DNA of 57,068 nucleotides, filler included, from Streblomastix strix (lineage: Eukaryota): NCBI GenBank assembly GCA_008636045.1. It is 3 parts of 3 records of this genome, joined end to end, with 100 filler letters (N's around TTAATTAATTAA, not from the genome) between each part and the next. Parts side by side here need not be neighbours in the genome. Positions count along the whole stretch, not along the records: positions 1 to 18,975 come from SNRW01000556.1; positions 19,076 to 38,029 come from SNRW01000557.1; 1 more part is not named here. The stretch is one strand, 5' to 3'. The notes beneath the pieces are model-generated. The model ran no database searches. It saw only the letters and a program-made list of their open reading frames with translations, and was not told where the DNA came from. This document shows positions 11,646-26,039 of the stretch, one piece after another. Each line of letters starts with the position of its first letter. Position 1 is the stretch's first letter. The translations under genes were made by a program, and so were the position numbers.

Positions 11646-14600
11646 ATGGCTGAGACAAACTCATAATCTTCGCAATCGCCTATTTTTTAAATTACTTCAC
11701 TTATTCCTCGTTTATGAAGAGGATTGCCTGAAGAACAAACAAACACACTTAAAATTTTATTAATGCTTATTCAAAATAGTATATATATTTTTATTTTTAT
11801 TCTTTATAAAATTTTAATTCCTTATTACCTAATTTAGATCAAAATTCTTAAGAAATAGGTAATTTGCATATAGCAAGATATTTAGGCGAGTTTGCACTTT
11901 ATGCTTCCAGCCAAGAGTAGCTTGTATACAAAATACTACTTATTTATTTTATATTTTATTATTTTTTAAATTTCAGTCATTATGCGCATAAGTCTTATGC
12001 CTTATTTCTACTATTCCTGAACATTTAAATCATACTTCATAATCTTAATCCATATAATAATTAGAATATAACGCAAGAAACAATATTTCATTACGTTTAA
12101 TAATAACTCCGCTCGTAGCTATGGCAGAGGTATATTTATTTGATTTATTATTAAGTATTTTTATTTAGTAATTAATTATATTATTATATTATATATATTT
12201 ATTTATTCATTTATTTATTTATTCCATATTCAATAAGTCTCCAATCTCGGACATATCTGAAACATCCTCAAAATCACTGATTAACATCATAAAAACTGTT
12301 TAATCCCCGTCATCATCAAATGTTCAGTATATTTCTCCTTTATAATCACAAATACCAAATTATTCACTTTCTTTCTCATCAACTTCTGAATATAATAGAA
12401 GAAATGATTATTCACAGTAATAATCCAATTAAATATAATAATCCAATTAATAATAATAGACTTAATTTAATATAAATCAATAAAAGCAAAATTAGTTTCT
12501 TACTACATCTCCAAGATCATCTCCCAGACTATAGAAGATGAATTAGCTGAAAATATTCAACAGTTGCAATATTCTATTGGCTTTGAATTAAAGCGGATAT
12601 TTCAGTTGTCTGCCAAGATTACTGAAATTTAAAGAAAATTCAGATTAACAATAAAATTTAAAATTATCTTAATCTTAATCTAAAATATAGCAATAATCAG
12701 AAATATTATAAAAAAGTAATGAAGAATTTTTAGAAGGAAAACAAATAGAAAAACAATGACAAACCATTTCTGATCTTCCACTCAGAACTAAGATTAATCT
12801 TGTTGACATCCTTCAATAAGTGATGTTAATGATTGGAATTATGCGTGAAGAAGAAATAGAAAGAGATTAAAATTAAATAATAATATAAGAAAATAATGGA
12901 AATATAGATATAATTAATAGTGATAGATAAATTTAATCAAATAATGATAATACTTAATTATAGAGAAAACTCAGCATAAGATAACTAAGAAAACTTCAAA
13001 TTGAAGAAAAAATATACCAGCGGAAAAATTCTTAAACGTCCATAAATTCAATTTCAAAAGAACAAATAACTCAAATAAAAGATCAAGATTCTGATTTGTA
13101 AATGTAATCTTTTATGAAATAAACTCTTCCTTTTAATTAAACCTTACCCTCAAATATTAAATAAAGTGCATCATTTGATCTCCCAGTTATAGATTCAAAT
13201 GATTCAAAGAATATAATATAAAGTGCAACACATAGAAGAAGTTTTACTCTAAAATCTCCACGAAATAATAGTAATTCGTCACCATAAATTATTTCACCTT
13301 AATTTAATACACTTAGTAAAGTCTAATAATAACAGTTCTTCTTATAATAACTTAATTAATAAAAGAAAATGCAATAAATCTAACAACAGAAATATTTGGA
13401 TACATAACAACATTATTAATAACAATGGTCATAGCAGGATGACATACAACTTGATTAATAAAACCAATCACAATATCAACAAAACTTACTATCATAAGAT
13501 CAATAAAATTAATAATAATAATTTTCACTAATACAATAAAGCAAATCCCCAATTCTTAGTGTTCCATCACCAAGTTATAACAAATCTCCAATTATCAGAC
13601 GATCTCCATTAGTTCAGAGCTATTCTCCTAATGTATAGAAACTCTCACCCATTAGATAAAGATCTCCAATATATTAAAGCAAGACTCCATTATAAGGAAG
13701 AGAAACTTCTTATTCAATATCTCATATTCCTCTTTAAATTAATTAATAAGAGTTAAATGAAAATTAATCATATGATCAAATTCAACAAAGTAATACGATC
13801 CCCAGATAACATTCTCCGATGTATTTGAATGATTCCACAAATTACTCAAAAAGTCCAATTCAACAAAGTGGCACTTTTCCAAGATAAATTTCACCAATTC
13901 CAACAACTGATATTAATATTGGATCAAATTCTCCAATGAATTCATAATAAGCACAATTGATTCCTGCTTCAAATTCAGGATAATAAACATTGTCTGGTTA
14001 ATAGTAAAAGATTCTTTTTCCACCTGTACTTTCTCCAAGAACATAAACTAAATAATAATAGATGAAATAATAATTAAATAATTAATAAGAAAATAATCAA
14101 TTGGATAAATTAGAAGTTGATCAATAATAATTTTAATAGTAATTGAGCCAATCAAAATTAGTAACATCTCCAATTGTCCATCGCAAAACTCTCTCTCAAT
14201 AAATATTATGACCTTCATCTTATTCTTCTTTCATTGCAAATATATCTCAGAATGATAATATTAATAATTCATAAAGTGAACAAACAACAAACAGTTAAAT
14301 CAAAAACCAATTATTTTACTCTCAAAATCCTTTTCAAGTTCCAGCTTAGAATCAATACAATTAATTGTAGAAAGTGAATAATATAGAATTCTAATAATTG
14401 AATTAACAACAATAATTTGAAATATTCATGGATGTGAGTGAGATTATAAGTGACAATTTGATGGAGGATATTGTAAAAGCGTTGTTGGTATGTTTTTATA
14501 GAAAATATTTAAAATTGAGATTAAATACTGTAAAATTTTAATTATCTACTTTATTTTATTATAATTAGCATTTTTTTTATTTGCTTTTATTAATCATATT

Positions 14601-17600
14601 ACAATATTATTATTATAGGACGTTTCCAACTTTCTGACATCTAAGATTATCAAAAAGAATTAAAAATAATAACATTAATAATAATCATTATCATCAATTT
14701 AATTATAACAATAAATTTCTTCTTCTTCTCAATAAAATAATCAGAACATTTCATCTTTCAATCAAATATAATCATCATCATCTTCTTTTTCTTCTTTATC
14801 TTCTTCTAATTCTTTTTCTAATTCAAATCATTAAATTACTCCATCAAATCAACACTAAATTTCTAATCCAGATTATTAATTGAAATCTGCACCTCTAAAA
14901 ATGTAGGATTTAATGCCCTATTCTCCGCCAAATATTAAGAATAAATATATTAAATAATAAATTGAATAATAAAATCAATATTAAAATGAATAATAAAATG
15001 ATTAATAAAATCAATCATTATTTTCATAGTCAGTAATAATCTGTCATTAAAGGTAACTTTCAGATGTAATCATCACATCGCCATAATTCTTATTGCCTGA
15101 TCCATAACCACTTTAAATACCATAAATTCTCAAAAATGAAACACTTTCATCATCAATACCTTCTTCATCTAATTCAGATTAACAAGATAGTTTGAAATAA
15201 TAAAAAGAACAATAACAATAATAACAATAACAATAAATATTATAATAAGAATAATAAATTCATTAATAACATAATTCTCTTCAAATACAAACAAACACAT
15301 AAAACCCACAGATCTCTCCAATATAAACAACTCCTTCATATCAAAGTCCATATCAGAATCCAACTGAAAGAACTCAATCTTCTGGAGATTAATCTTCTTC
15401 AAGATATCCTTTTTCACCATCTTTGCAATAGTCACCTTTATCTTAGTTTAATAACTTGAACAGTGATAATCAAGATTTTCCATTAACAGTGTTGTAAGCA
15501 TCTGTTAGTATATAAGATAGTGATAAATAAAGTAGTAGTAAATAAAGTGATGACTCTAAATTGAATAATAATTTAGATAATGAAGAAATCTAAGGAAAAT
15601 CACAAAGTCATGTACCAACATTGAAATTATAATAACCATTTTCTCAAAAAGAATAAATCTCACCATTTGAAAATAAATTATAGAGCGCCTCTTAGATGTA
15701 TACTATATATTTATTTCAATTATTTAATTCTATTTAAAATTTAACTTATTTAAATTTAAATTAATTTATTTTCTTAATTTATTTCTTGTAGAGAAACCCC
15801 CAAACAACTTGCTCCTCAATAATCTTAATAGTAAAATTAGCAAAATCAATAATAACAATAATCAGTTATTACTCCAAGATCAATTTCACAATAATAACAA
15901 TCATTATAACAAAAATAGAATAAAATATCAAGTCCTTTTTCATTAAGCAATATTTTTTCACCTCGTGGGTAGCATGAAAAAAGTGGAGGTTTATTTCTAT
16001 ATTATTTATAATTTAAATATTTTCTTTATATGATTTTCACATTCTTATATTTTCTAGTTATTTATTATAGCATTCTTATTTAATTACCATATCATTGTCA
16101 TTTATTTGATATATAGTTCTAATTTATTTATTATTTCATTCTACTTTATTTATTATTAAATTCTTATTTATTGATTTATTTATCAAATATTTCAGCTCTT
16201 TCTCCAGATGAAGTCACATTTCTGAAGAAAGTTCGCATTGTCTATAATTTAATGCGAGAAGAAGGTTGGGGTCTTGATTTGGAGAAAGATGATAAAATTG
16301 GACAATAAAAAGAATAAGAAAAATAAAAAGGAGAAAAAATAAAAGAAAATGAATAAATATTAGAATAAAAAGATATTTTTATTGATTAATCAATTTCTGA
16401 ATAGTATAAACAATAGATTAAAGAAGATCAAATTCAATTACAACAGCTTCGTGTTGAAATCGAAATGCTTAATGAATAATTGAATATAAACAAGCTCAAA
16501 AATGCTAAAATTAACCAAAACAAACAAAATTAATCTGAATTTGGTAATTAAGCCTTAAATGAAGATTAATAATTAGAATTTTAATAAAAACAAGAATAAA
16601 CGAGATTTGATGGTAAATTGAAGCAGAAAAAGAATGTTATTAGAGATTTGATGGATCAGATCATGATGAAAGATGATGAAATAGAAAAGTTAAAGGAAAC
16701 AGCCCAAATTAAAAAAGATTTAGTTAATAATAAATTAAAAGGAAATGATTAGAATACAAATGAAAATGTTGAAAATTAAACAGATTGGTAATAATAAATA
16801 TAATAATAATAATCAAAAAAATAATTAATAAATCAGAAACTTGAATTTAATAACAATGATGCACCATAATTATTGAGTTCAACTTCATAAAATGAAACAA
16901 TTGATAATATTGCTATAGATTAAGAAAACAAAAATATAGATTAATAAATCCTACAATTAAAGTAAGAATTATTCAATTAAAAAGAAAATAACAAGAACAT
17001 AGAAAATGAAAAGAAAAAAGAACAAGAAAAAATCAGATAACTTGAATATCAGATATTGTCAATGCAAATGTTTGTTCTATAACAAATGAATGAAGAAAAT
17101 AAAGAGAAAGAAAAAGTAAAAGAAAAATAAAAAGAGAATGATAATTAAATTTATAAGATACAAGAGATAGAAAATGAAGATGAAGATGAAGATGAAATCT
17201 GTATAAATAATAATAAGAAAGAAACAGATTAATTAAATAATAAAGAAAAACATAAGAAAGATTCAGAGAAAAACAAAGAAAAAAATTCAGTTAATCCGAA
17301 ATCACCTTTAAGATCAAAATCACCATCAAAATCACATTCCAGATCAAAATCACCATCAAAAACAAAAGAACATCATATAAAGCATCACTAATAAGAATTT
17401 GAAATATTCACACCATTGAATTAGAGAGAAAATGAAAAATAAATCTTAGAAGGAACATATAAGTAAAAAGAACAAGATAGGATCAAAATGAATGAATAAA
17501 TAATCCAATCTATTTAAAAGACTAAATCAAATTAAACAGTATTCACTTAATAGAAATAAGTACAAAATTCTTATTAAATATAATAATTGAATCAAACAAC

Positions 17601-17958
17601 GAGTAATATAAGCACAAACACAAATCAGATCTAAACTCAATAGCGAAGATAAACCGTTTCAGGCTTCGATCAGCTGAAACATCACCATCATTCAAAATCT
17701 GTCTAATACACCAGTTCGCCAAATAGAGAAAAATTATAAGTGAAATCAGACCAAGAATTTATGTCTGAGATTATGAAACTGAAGAAATAGAGAGAAATGA
17801 AAGAAAAAGAATAAAAAGAAAAAGACAAGTTAAAAAAAGATTTAAAAATAGAAGAAAGAATTAATAAGAAAAAATCATTGAATGAATAACAGAAAAATTA
17901 AGAAATGAAAAAGAGTGTATGGAGAACAGATGATGAGGAATATATTGATATACAATGA
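11646..17958 (+). CDS. Large multi-exon Gln/Ser/Pro-rich and coiled-coil protein with a helical (ARM-like) N-terminus
   Basis: ATG at 11646 and about 6 GT-AG introns (approx. 11779-11838, 11924-11976, 12130-12237, 14488-14618, 15698-15791, ~15990-16195). Long frames are open under TAR=Gln and end ...EEYIDIQ-TGA. Two internal TGA at 11715 and 12757. Confidence 0.7.
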
Positions 17959-18885
17959 TTACAAAAAGTGATTAATTTATTATAAGACCAAAATTTTTGA
18001 TTTGCTTTATATTTTCAATCTTATATTTTACTTGTTTTTCTTTATTTTTATTTGAATTGAACACTCTCTTTCAGATTTTTATCATAATGAAAGTCCTTCA
18101 TACTTTACATTTTTATTTTTGTGAGAATTTAATAACTATATTTTTAATAATTTACTATAAATCCCTCATAAAAATATCAAAATAAAACATAATTAAATTT
18201 AAATATCAAAATTTAATTTATTGCTATCACTCAAAAATTTTTTTTTTAATTCCTATCACATAACTACAACAAATATATATCAACATTTTTCAGATTGATT
18301 CTAACTGTTCATCGCTAATTAAATAAGCCAATTTGGACCCCTCCCTCCCCTCCCACCCCCATATAATACAAAACATATTACGAACAAGCCAAAATTCTTT
18401 CTTTTTAAGAATAAAATTAAAATCGAACAATCAGTACTTTTTTGCTTCATTCTATAGATAAAATCTCTATTAAAGCTAAATTTAAAAAAAATTAGTTTAA
18501 TTTCTTCTAGAATATAACCATTAAAATAAATACAATATGTTTTTAAAATGTCTTCCGAAAGAAATCAAGCTCACTTTTTTTAGCACATAGGGCCAGCTAA
18601 GGGCCAGGCCGTTTTCATGAAGTGAATGACAGTTTTAAAATATGTAGTGATTAAATAAAATAAATAATTAATAAATAACAGTAAATTAGATGATAAAACT
18701 TGTTTTCATTATTTCATTTGTCCTTAATTTTCTGTTTGTTTATTGACGCGTTTAATTCAATCTCAGCGGGGATATAGTTGCGTCTTGTTGAGCTTGTTGT
18801 TTCTATAAATTGAAAAATATGATAATTAAAATACTTAAAAGCCCACTTCGTGAAGGAATATTTTTGATATTGCGGAGGGAGAAGC

Positions 18886-18960
18886 TGAGCTTGCTTTCCT
18901 TCGGAAGACATTACATAACCCTTACGGATTATGCTGTCTTCCGTCCAGAAGGCAAGCTCA
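18886..18960. other. Long stem-loop at the contig end, related to the 898-995 hairpin
   Basis: Nested arms: TGAGCTTGCTTTC/GAAGGCAAGCTCA, GGAAGACA/TGTCTTCC, CATAACCC/GGATTATG. Confidence 0.75.
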
Positions 18961-18975
18961 CCTTTTATTAGCATA

Positions 18976-19075
18976 NNNNNNNNNNNNNNNNNNNNNNNNN
19001 NNNNNNNNNNNNNNNNNNNTTAATTAATTAANNNNNNNNNNNNNNNNNNNNNNNNNNNNNNNNNNNNNNNNNNNN
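18976..19075. other. Artificial contig linker
   Basis: N44-TTAATTAATTAA-N44 (a six-frame-stop spacer), exactly 100 nt. Confidence 0.97.
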
Positions 19076-20167
19076 TTAGCGCAGCATATCTTTAAAAGCT
19101 TGTTTCTAAGGCAGGGAAGCCGTCGCGAGAAACACCTTCCAGGCAGCGTTTTGACGAGCAAGACGAACGAGTATTCATTGCTGAATTAATTGAAAGATTT
19201 AATTAAGGAAGCCCTTCAATACTGAGTCATTTATGGAGTATGTATTTGAAGAAACGCTTGAAGTAATAACTCGTCATTAGGTACTCTCATTTCTTGACCG
19301 TTATTCAGATGAAGTCACTGAAAAATATTGTAAATCAAGAGAAGAAACACGAATGAATGTGATTATGGAAGATGTGAATAATTATAGAGGCGAGCTAGAT
19401 ACGAAAATCGTTAGACTTCCTAACTGGGCAGTTTGGGCGTTAGATGAATGTGGTGCGCAAGATTGGCCTGATGCGAAGCCAATGTTAATGTTAGTTCCAT
19501 CAAGTGCAACTGAAGCGCAATGTTTTTACATTGTGAAAAGAAATGGTGCACTTCATTCTGTCCTGCTGTGCATCAATCTTTCTGGAGAACGCATCATACC
19601 ATTGATTGTGACTATGCGGAAAACGCTTAATGCAGAAGTAGCCGTTCATGGTCTCAGAATTAATATTGACATTGTAATAATGTACGTTAAAAAAAAATAC
19701 GTGATTGGAGAGCTCATGAATCGATTCCTGAGAGAAATATATGTTCCATCGATAAATAATACAAAAGCAGAACGCAATGTACCATTCTAACAAATGTATT
19801 TGATGATGAATAATTTAAAAGAGCACAGAATGCAGGAATAACTACTATTGATGCAGTAGGCAAGGATAATTCCTATATTTATCTCTGCGTATTCTTCGCA
19901 CGCACTGTAACCTGAAGATCTATTAACATTCAATGTTCTTAAAAATGATTGAAATAGGCAAACTCATCTTTAGAAGATCAAAGTTAAGCAGCTGTAATTG
20001 CACGTCTCCTCAGCACAACGAAAAGTGCAATAACTCCTTCCAAAAATCGAGCAGCATTTAGCCGTGCAGGAATTGACTTGCAAATAGTAGGCGGTGCTCT
20101 AGTCGCATGTATGGTAGAAAATGAATGGAATATAAGAGTATAAGAGCTCATACACGAAGACGACTGA
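19076..20167 (+). pseudogene. Degenerate pogo/Tigger-like (DDE_1) transposase, 5'-truncated
   Basis: Reads WALDECG...SVLLCINLSGERIIPLIV...YLMMNNLKEH...AYSSHALQPEDLLTFNVLK. The second catalytic D is apparently changed to N, and there are frameshifts near 19240 and 19950. Confidence 0.8.
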
Positions 20168-21904
20168 AATTTTTATAATTTTGCTGAATTTCACACATCA
20201 TTGTATAAATTAGGTGTTTTGATTAAAAAAGACATATAATATTTATGCATTTAAATACTAATTATGGTTTAGTTCTAATAAAATAGATGAAATACTATTT
20301 TTATTTGACTTTTTATTTTCTTAAAATATCAACCATAAAAACTCAGTAAACACTATAAACGCATGTTTATATTAAATTTTTTTATGATTAATTTTTTAAA
20401 ATAATATTTAAATATTAATTAAAAACTAAATAATATTGTTTCATGAAATGTAAAATTTTTATAAGATATAATATTCCAAGTTATATATTATCTTTAAATA
20501 CATGAAAAAATTAACTTTATAAATATATATAATTTATTAATTTTAATCACTACTATTATGATTAATAATTATTTTTCTATTAATTTCATTTAAATTAATA
20601 ATTGAATTATTTTCTCAAATTTATTTGTAAATTAATTTATTCAATAAAAATTGTAAAATAAATATTTAATATAAAAGTAAATTTTACAAAATTTTAAAAA
20701 CAAAATTTAATATTTGAAATTAATATTTAACTTATAATGCTATATTTTATTAAGTTTTTTCAATTATGAAAATAGTAATTGAATTATATTTAATGATTCA
20801 AAGTTTTTGGACAATTAAGAATGAAAAACATAATCGTTTAATTTGAAAAAGTCATTTCTTTGGTTAAAAAGAAATCTATAATACATACTTGAATTAATTG
20901 ATTTTAACTAATTATATTTATATTTCCTAATAAATTTAAAATTTATATTCAGATATTAATTAATAAAATGATTTATTTTTTTTATTAAAATTTATTTTAT
21001 TATAATACTATTAATTTTTTTAATAAAAATTTGTTTAATATATATTGAATTTAAATCATTTATATTAAATTAATATGATTAATGTTTAAAACTAAATAGA
21101 TTTTGATAAATTTTGGTAAAATTCATTATAAGTTGTTATTTATAAATAATTTTTAAACTTTAATTATTGGTTATCTTTAATTGAATGACTGATGAATAAA
21201 TAAGAATACAATATTGAATATAAAACATGATATTTCACATATTAAAGTATAAAAGTAGTCTTGAAATATTTAAATATTATTATAACTAACTAAATTGCTT
21301 ATATTATATTTGCATATATATAAATATATTCACATGTGATTTTTTGCGCCAGACAGTATATTTGACCCAGACAGTTGTGAGGAATTCTGTGCCATTTAAC
21401 AAATTTATATAATATATTATTAATAAATAATTTTACAATAATTTAAATTAAATTTGCGATAATTGTTTATGGTTTTATAATTTCAAATTTTCTTAAAAAT
21501 TGATTCGTAATCTTAGAAATTTTAAATAATTTATTAATTTTTATAAATAAATTTATGTTAACTACTTTACAATAATTTTAATTTCAAAAATGAGATACAT
21601 TAAAGTAAATAACATTAAAAAAAATTTTAATAATAAAAAAAAAGAAATATTTACAAAAATTTTTAAAATAAAAATTGAATTGTTAATCAATTAGTTTTAA
21701 AATAAAATAATTATATTAAATATTATATTTTTTATAAAATTATTATAAATATAGTAATATTATTAAGTACTCGTAATAAAGTAATGTATAGCAAAAAATT
21801 ATATCTATTAATTATAATCCTTTGATATATCAGATTTTTTTAAGAAAAGTTATTATTTGAAATAAGATATTTTAGTTTTGAATTTAATTATATATATATA
21901 TATA

Positions 21905-24005
21905 TGGATGGTTCCGCCCTCGAGCAACATTGTAAATTTTTTTATATAAAATTATTTAAAATATTTTTAAAAATAATTTTCATAAATATAAAAAACTTAA
22001 TTTTGCGTATCAAGAAAAAAGTGCGAAAAATGTAATTCCGATTTTTTTCTTGAATCTGATTGTGTTTTTGTAAATATTATTTAAATTTTTATTTTCAGTC
22101 AAATTTAACGCAAAATATTATATCTTTCGCAGCAAATGAGGCAGAATTTCGATTTTTTAAATTTTTTAATTTTTAGGATTGTTTCAAACATTTTATTGTT
22201 TTTTTTCTCAATAATTTTATAATATTTTAAATATTTGTTATTTTATAGCTAATTTTTTTTTATAAGCACGCATTATTATTTTTTTGCGGCCAGATCAAAA
22301 ATAAAACGGTACAAAAAAATTTGAGCTCATTATTGCGTTATATTATTTTATTTTTTGTATAATTATTCAAAAATCCTCCCTATTTATTCCTTTTACAGCC
22401 CATTCCCGCATATGTGCCAGATAAGCTGTGAAATTGTTGGTGAACAATCCAGTGAAAATCTCATGCACGTATTAACGCATTATGTCCCTCGTATCAGCTA
22501 ATGGACGTATGCATCTATATCTTTATTTTGCAAGGTTAAACACTTCTTCAATTGGGTTCAGTTAAGGGGAATAAGGCGCATTAAAGATAACTTCGCAACC
22601 ACGTTCAGAAATCAATCGCTGAGCCTAAAATTTTACATGGAACAATGAATTTTAATTTATAAATAATTGGTATACCTCCTCATTATAATGCCATCTTGCA
22701 TTATCCATTACTATTTTTCTACTTATCAGTATCTCCTCGTCGAAAGACTCAAGAAAATCGCATAACAATTCTCCGTTGAATGCGCCATCTGTGACCTCGT
22801 ATGCTTCTAATCCTCTACACGATATGAACGCAATTACGCTTAAATTTTATCCTTTAGATGCTGTAACTAAAGTTGTAGCTTTCTTGCCTTTAGGAGACCA
22901 GCCAAAAAGTTTTGTGATGCGAAGATTGAACCTTGTCTCGTCAAGAAGGAGTAGATCATCATCTGAAGTTTCAGAAATCTTTTGCAATGCAACAACACGA
23001 AGATCTTTTACCCGGTTTTCATTTCGTGAAAAAGGTATCTAAAGTACAAATAAACAAAATTCCAAAAAAAATAATAGAATAAACTAAAACTAATTGTTTA
23101 TAACACATCCCGGCATGATGCAAAGCTTTGTATACCAGTGATAATGAGCATCGTTGAACCAATGTAACATACTAATGTATTTATCACGTAAAATCCAAAT
23201 TTAGCGCATCAATTGTCGTTAAAACATTATCAACTATTCGATCAATCTATCTTTTCCGTCCTGGCTTTCCAGGTGCTGCAATTTCTGCTCTTTATCTAAC
23301 ACTCTGCGATAAGTAATATAATGGTCTTTTAGATATGTTAATAATACTCGAAACGACAGAAACAGAAAAATGAAGATTTAACAGCTTAAGAGCAATTATA
23401 CGTAACTGTAAAGAAAAAAACAATTCAAGTTTTTCTTTATGGAGGAGCATATCTCTATAAAAAACCCAAATCTTCACCTTCGATTTAAATTTTTTTTTAA
23501 AACCCCACAAATAAAATAATGCGTGCTTATAAAAAAAATTGGCTGTATAATAAATAATGAAAAAATTATAATCTTTCGATGTTTAAAACTTTTTATATAT
23601 TTTTTGCAAATTTCGCGTATTATTTAAAAAAAAAATAAATATAGTCATAAAAACAAATTTAAAATAATATTTATTAAATTAAATTACCAAAATAAAAATG
23701 TGTCAATCATTGTATAAATCAAAAATCTAAAAAAAATTAAAAATTGCTGACCGTGTTTGCCCTTGCCGTGAAAATTGAAGAAATTTGTATTAATTATAAT
23801 TAAAATATTTATATAAATTAATTTAAATATAAATAATAATTTTATAATGCAACTTTAAAACATAAAAATGAAATTTAAATTTTTTCCATTTTTTCCCAAT
23901 TAAGCAAAATCATGTTTTTTTAATTAATGAAAATTATATCTAAAATGGTTTATAAATTATTTTCATAAAAAAATAATGTTCATTAGTTCAGGATGGAATC
24001 ACTCA
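21905..24005 (-). mobile_element. Tc1/IS630-like DNA transposon with long (~400 bp) diverged TIRs, flanked by TA
   Basis: Left end TA-TGGATGGTTCCGCCCT; right end reverse complement TA-TGAGTGATTCCATCCT. Inner arms ATAAGCACGCATTATT (~22262) and AATAATGCGTGCTTAT (~23515). A transposase lies inside. Confidence 0.75.
22367..23450 (-). pseudogene. DD34E (DDE_3) transposase with introns, frameshifted
   Basis: Reads LLLDETRFN...GWSPKG...DGAFNGE...IVMDNARWH/intron 22625-22675/...NAPYSPQLNPIEEVF. Splicing gives exactly 34 residues between D and E. Frameshift just before MDN. Start codon uncertain. Confidence 0.8.
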
Positions 24006-25100
24006 TAAATATATTAATGAAGTATACATAGTATAAGCAGTTAAATTGATCATAATGATAATAAATTATTTAAATATTAATAATATCCTCCAATATAAGA
24101 AACATCCTATATATAATTTTGAAATTTCAAATTATTACAAATTTATATTAGTAAACAATTACAATTTTAGAAAATATTTAAAATATAATTTTTCAAAAAA
24201 AATTTTAAAAAAAATTAGTTAAATTTTGTAAAAAATAATGTTCTATATGTATAAGGATTCCAAATGAAAAATTCATATTTTATTTATTTTTAATAACTTA
24301 ATACAAATATCTTATGAATTAAATATATTTCAAAATTTTTATTGATTCATAAAATGCGCAAGAAATATCTAAAAGGTATATCAAAAATCGTTCGAATTAC
24401 TTTTTTATTTTATAATTTTATGAAATAAAAATGTAATATAAGTGAATAAAAGTAATTTCAATGAAATCTAACAAAATTTTAAATTATAAATTGAACGTTC
24501 CATTAAGAAGTGAATAGCTGGTTCTTTAGTAATAATTCATTTTGATTAATAAAAAAAAGTAGTTTAAAATAATTTAATGAATGAAAATTATAAATTATTT
24601 CAACAAAAAGTTTCAAATTTCAAATATATTCAATAATTTATCATGTTATACCGAACAATATTTAATTCAATAGCAATTTTTAATAAATACGTTAAACTTG
24701 TAAATCAATGTAGAAAAATGAAACTATTTAATTCCTAGAAAATTTTCCGATTTATTTAAATAAAATATTTAAAAAATTTTTAAATTTTTAGTCATAGATT
24801 AGAAATATATTAAAACAATATTAATTTAGTCTCGAATAAGAAAAGTAAATATTGTTTATATAATTTATAAATTTAACTAATTATTAATTTATTAAAATAA
24901 ACGTAATTTGCATTAGAGTATTTATTAAGTATTTAAATTAAAATATATTTCAAAAAAATATTTTATATTTTATTATTGTCTATAAAATAAATTATTTTTA
25001 AAATTTAAAATTTAAAAAATAATTAATAAAAATTACCTAAATTAATTGATTGATTTATTTTTATCGTCAAAGTTTATGCTTAAAAAGTGCCTATTCAGGT

Positions 25101-25174
25101 GCCCTTCTAGCTCAGTTTGGTAGAGCGTTCGGCTTTTAACCGAACGGTCAAGGGTTCGAGTCCCTTGGGGGGCG
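25101..25174 (+). tRNA. tRNA-Lys (anticodon TTT)
   Basis: Cloverleaf: acceptor GCCCTTC/GGGGGGC, D arm GCTC/GAGC, anticodon arm TTCGG-CTTTTAA-CCGAA, T arm AAGGG-TTCGAGT-CCCTT. A poly-T Pol III terminator follows. Confidence 0.95.
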
Positions 25175-25389
25175 TGTCTTTTTTTCATTTATAGTTTATA
25201 TATTATTATTTAATTATAATAAATCGAACTATTTAATGTATTTCGTTTTTTTTTAATAATTTAAATAATTTATTTTATAAAATTGATAATTATTTAATTT
25301 TATATAAGTTTTAAAATTTTAAACATTAAATAAAAATTATTTTTTTCTTTGACGTTTTTTTAAAAAGCTTATTTTTCATTTTAAACAAT

Positions 25390-25950
25390 AAGTAAGTTGC
25401 ATTTATCTTCAGTATATTCACGGAGAAGTCTAAGTGGACATATAATATTAAGATGCCCTTATTGATTGCATAGAATACATCAATATTTTCTTTATTTCAG
25501 AATTAGTTAAGATTATTTTTTCTATTTAGGAGTTTAGTTGATAAGATTATCCTAGAACAGCAATGTTTGACTTAATGATTCATTTCAATCTTCTTCACTG
25601 AGTTTTTTTTAAGAGTCCATTTTTTCATTTATTTAATTATGTGATTTTTGAGTATATTAAGAATTCAATCTTAAAGGACAAGTATTCTAATTGTGACCTT
25701 ATCTATTACAGAATGAACAATTATTCTAATTATGAATGATATTTAATTATTCATCTTCTGTTCCTTATTGAATATTATTATTTTGAATATTTTATTCTTT
25801 ATCAAAAGTTTATTGGTTCAATTAATTTATCAATTAATCTTATCTGTTTTCCTTATTTTTATATATTTCTTACGATCGAATTTGCAACTTCTTATTTTTT
25901 CATTCTATACAATAATTTGGTTATATTTATCTTCATTATATTCAATACGA
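25390..25950 (-). CDS. Protein (fragment) with two CCHC zinc knuckles
   Basis: CSFCNRQGHNQNTCP (25719-25675) and CILCNQQGHLNIICP (25479-25435) are in the same frame. In-frame TGA at 25587-25585 and 25482-25480. Ends uncertain. Confidence 0.6.
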
Positions 25951-26039
25951 TGTTTAATAGAGCTCAAAAGAGTAAAATCTGTTAAAGAAGAATGAAGAAC
26001 CTAATCCAACGAGCCCTAGTCAAGATAATGAAACAATAA

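Noticed and set aside
18335..18620. C-rich tract and CACATAGGGCCAG motif as transposon ends
   Set aside because: No matching partner end or TSD was found.
18714..18974. 86-aa ORF MLIKGELAFW...
   Set aside because: It overlaps the stem-loop, has no recognisable motif and is better explained by the DNA structure.
20200..21900. Extremely AT-rich stretch as possible array or origin
   Set aside because: No periodicity, coding frame or defined repeat could be seen.
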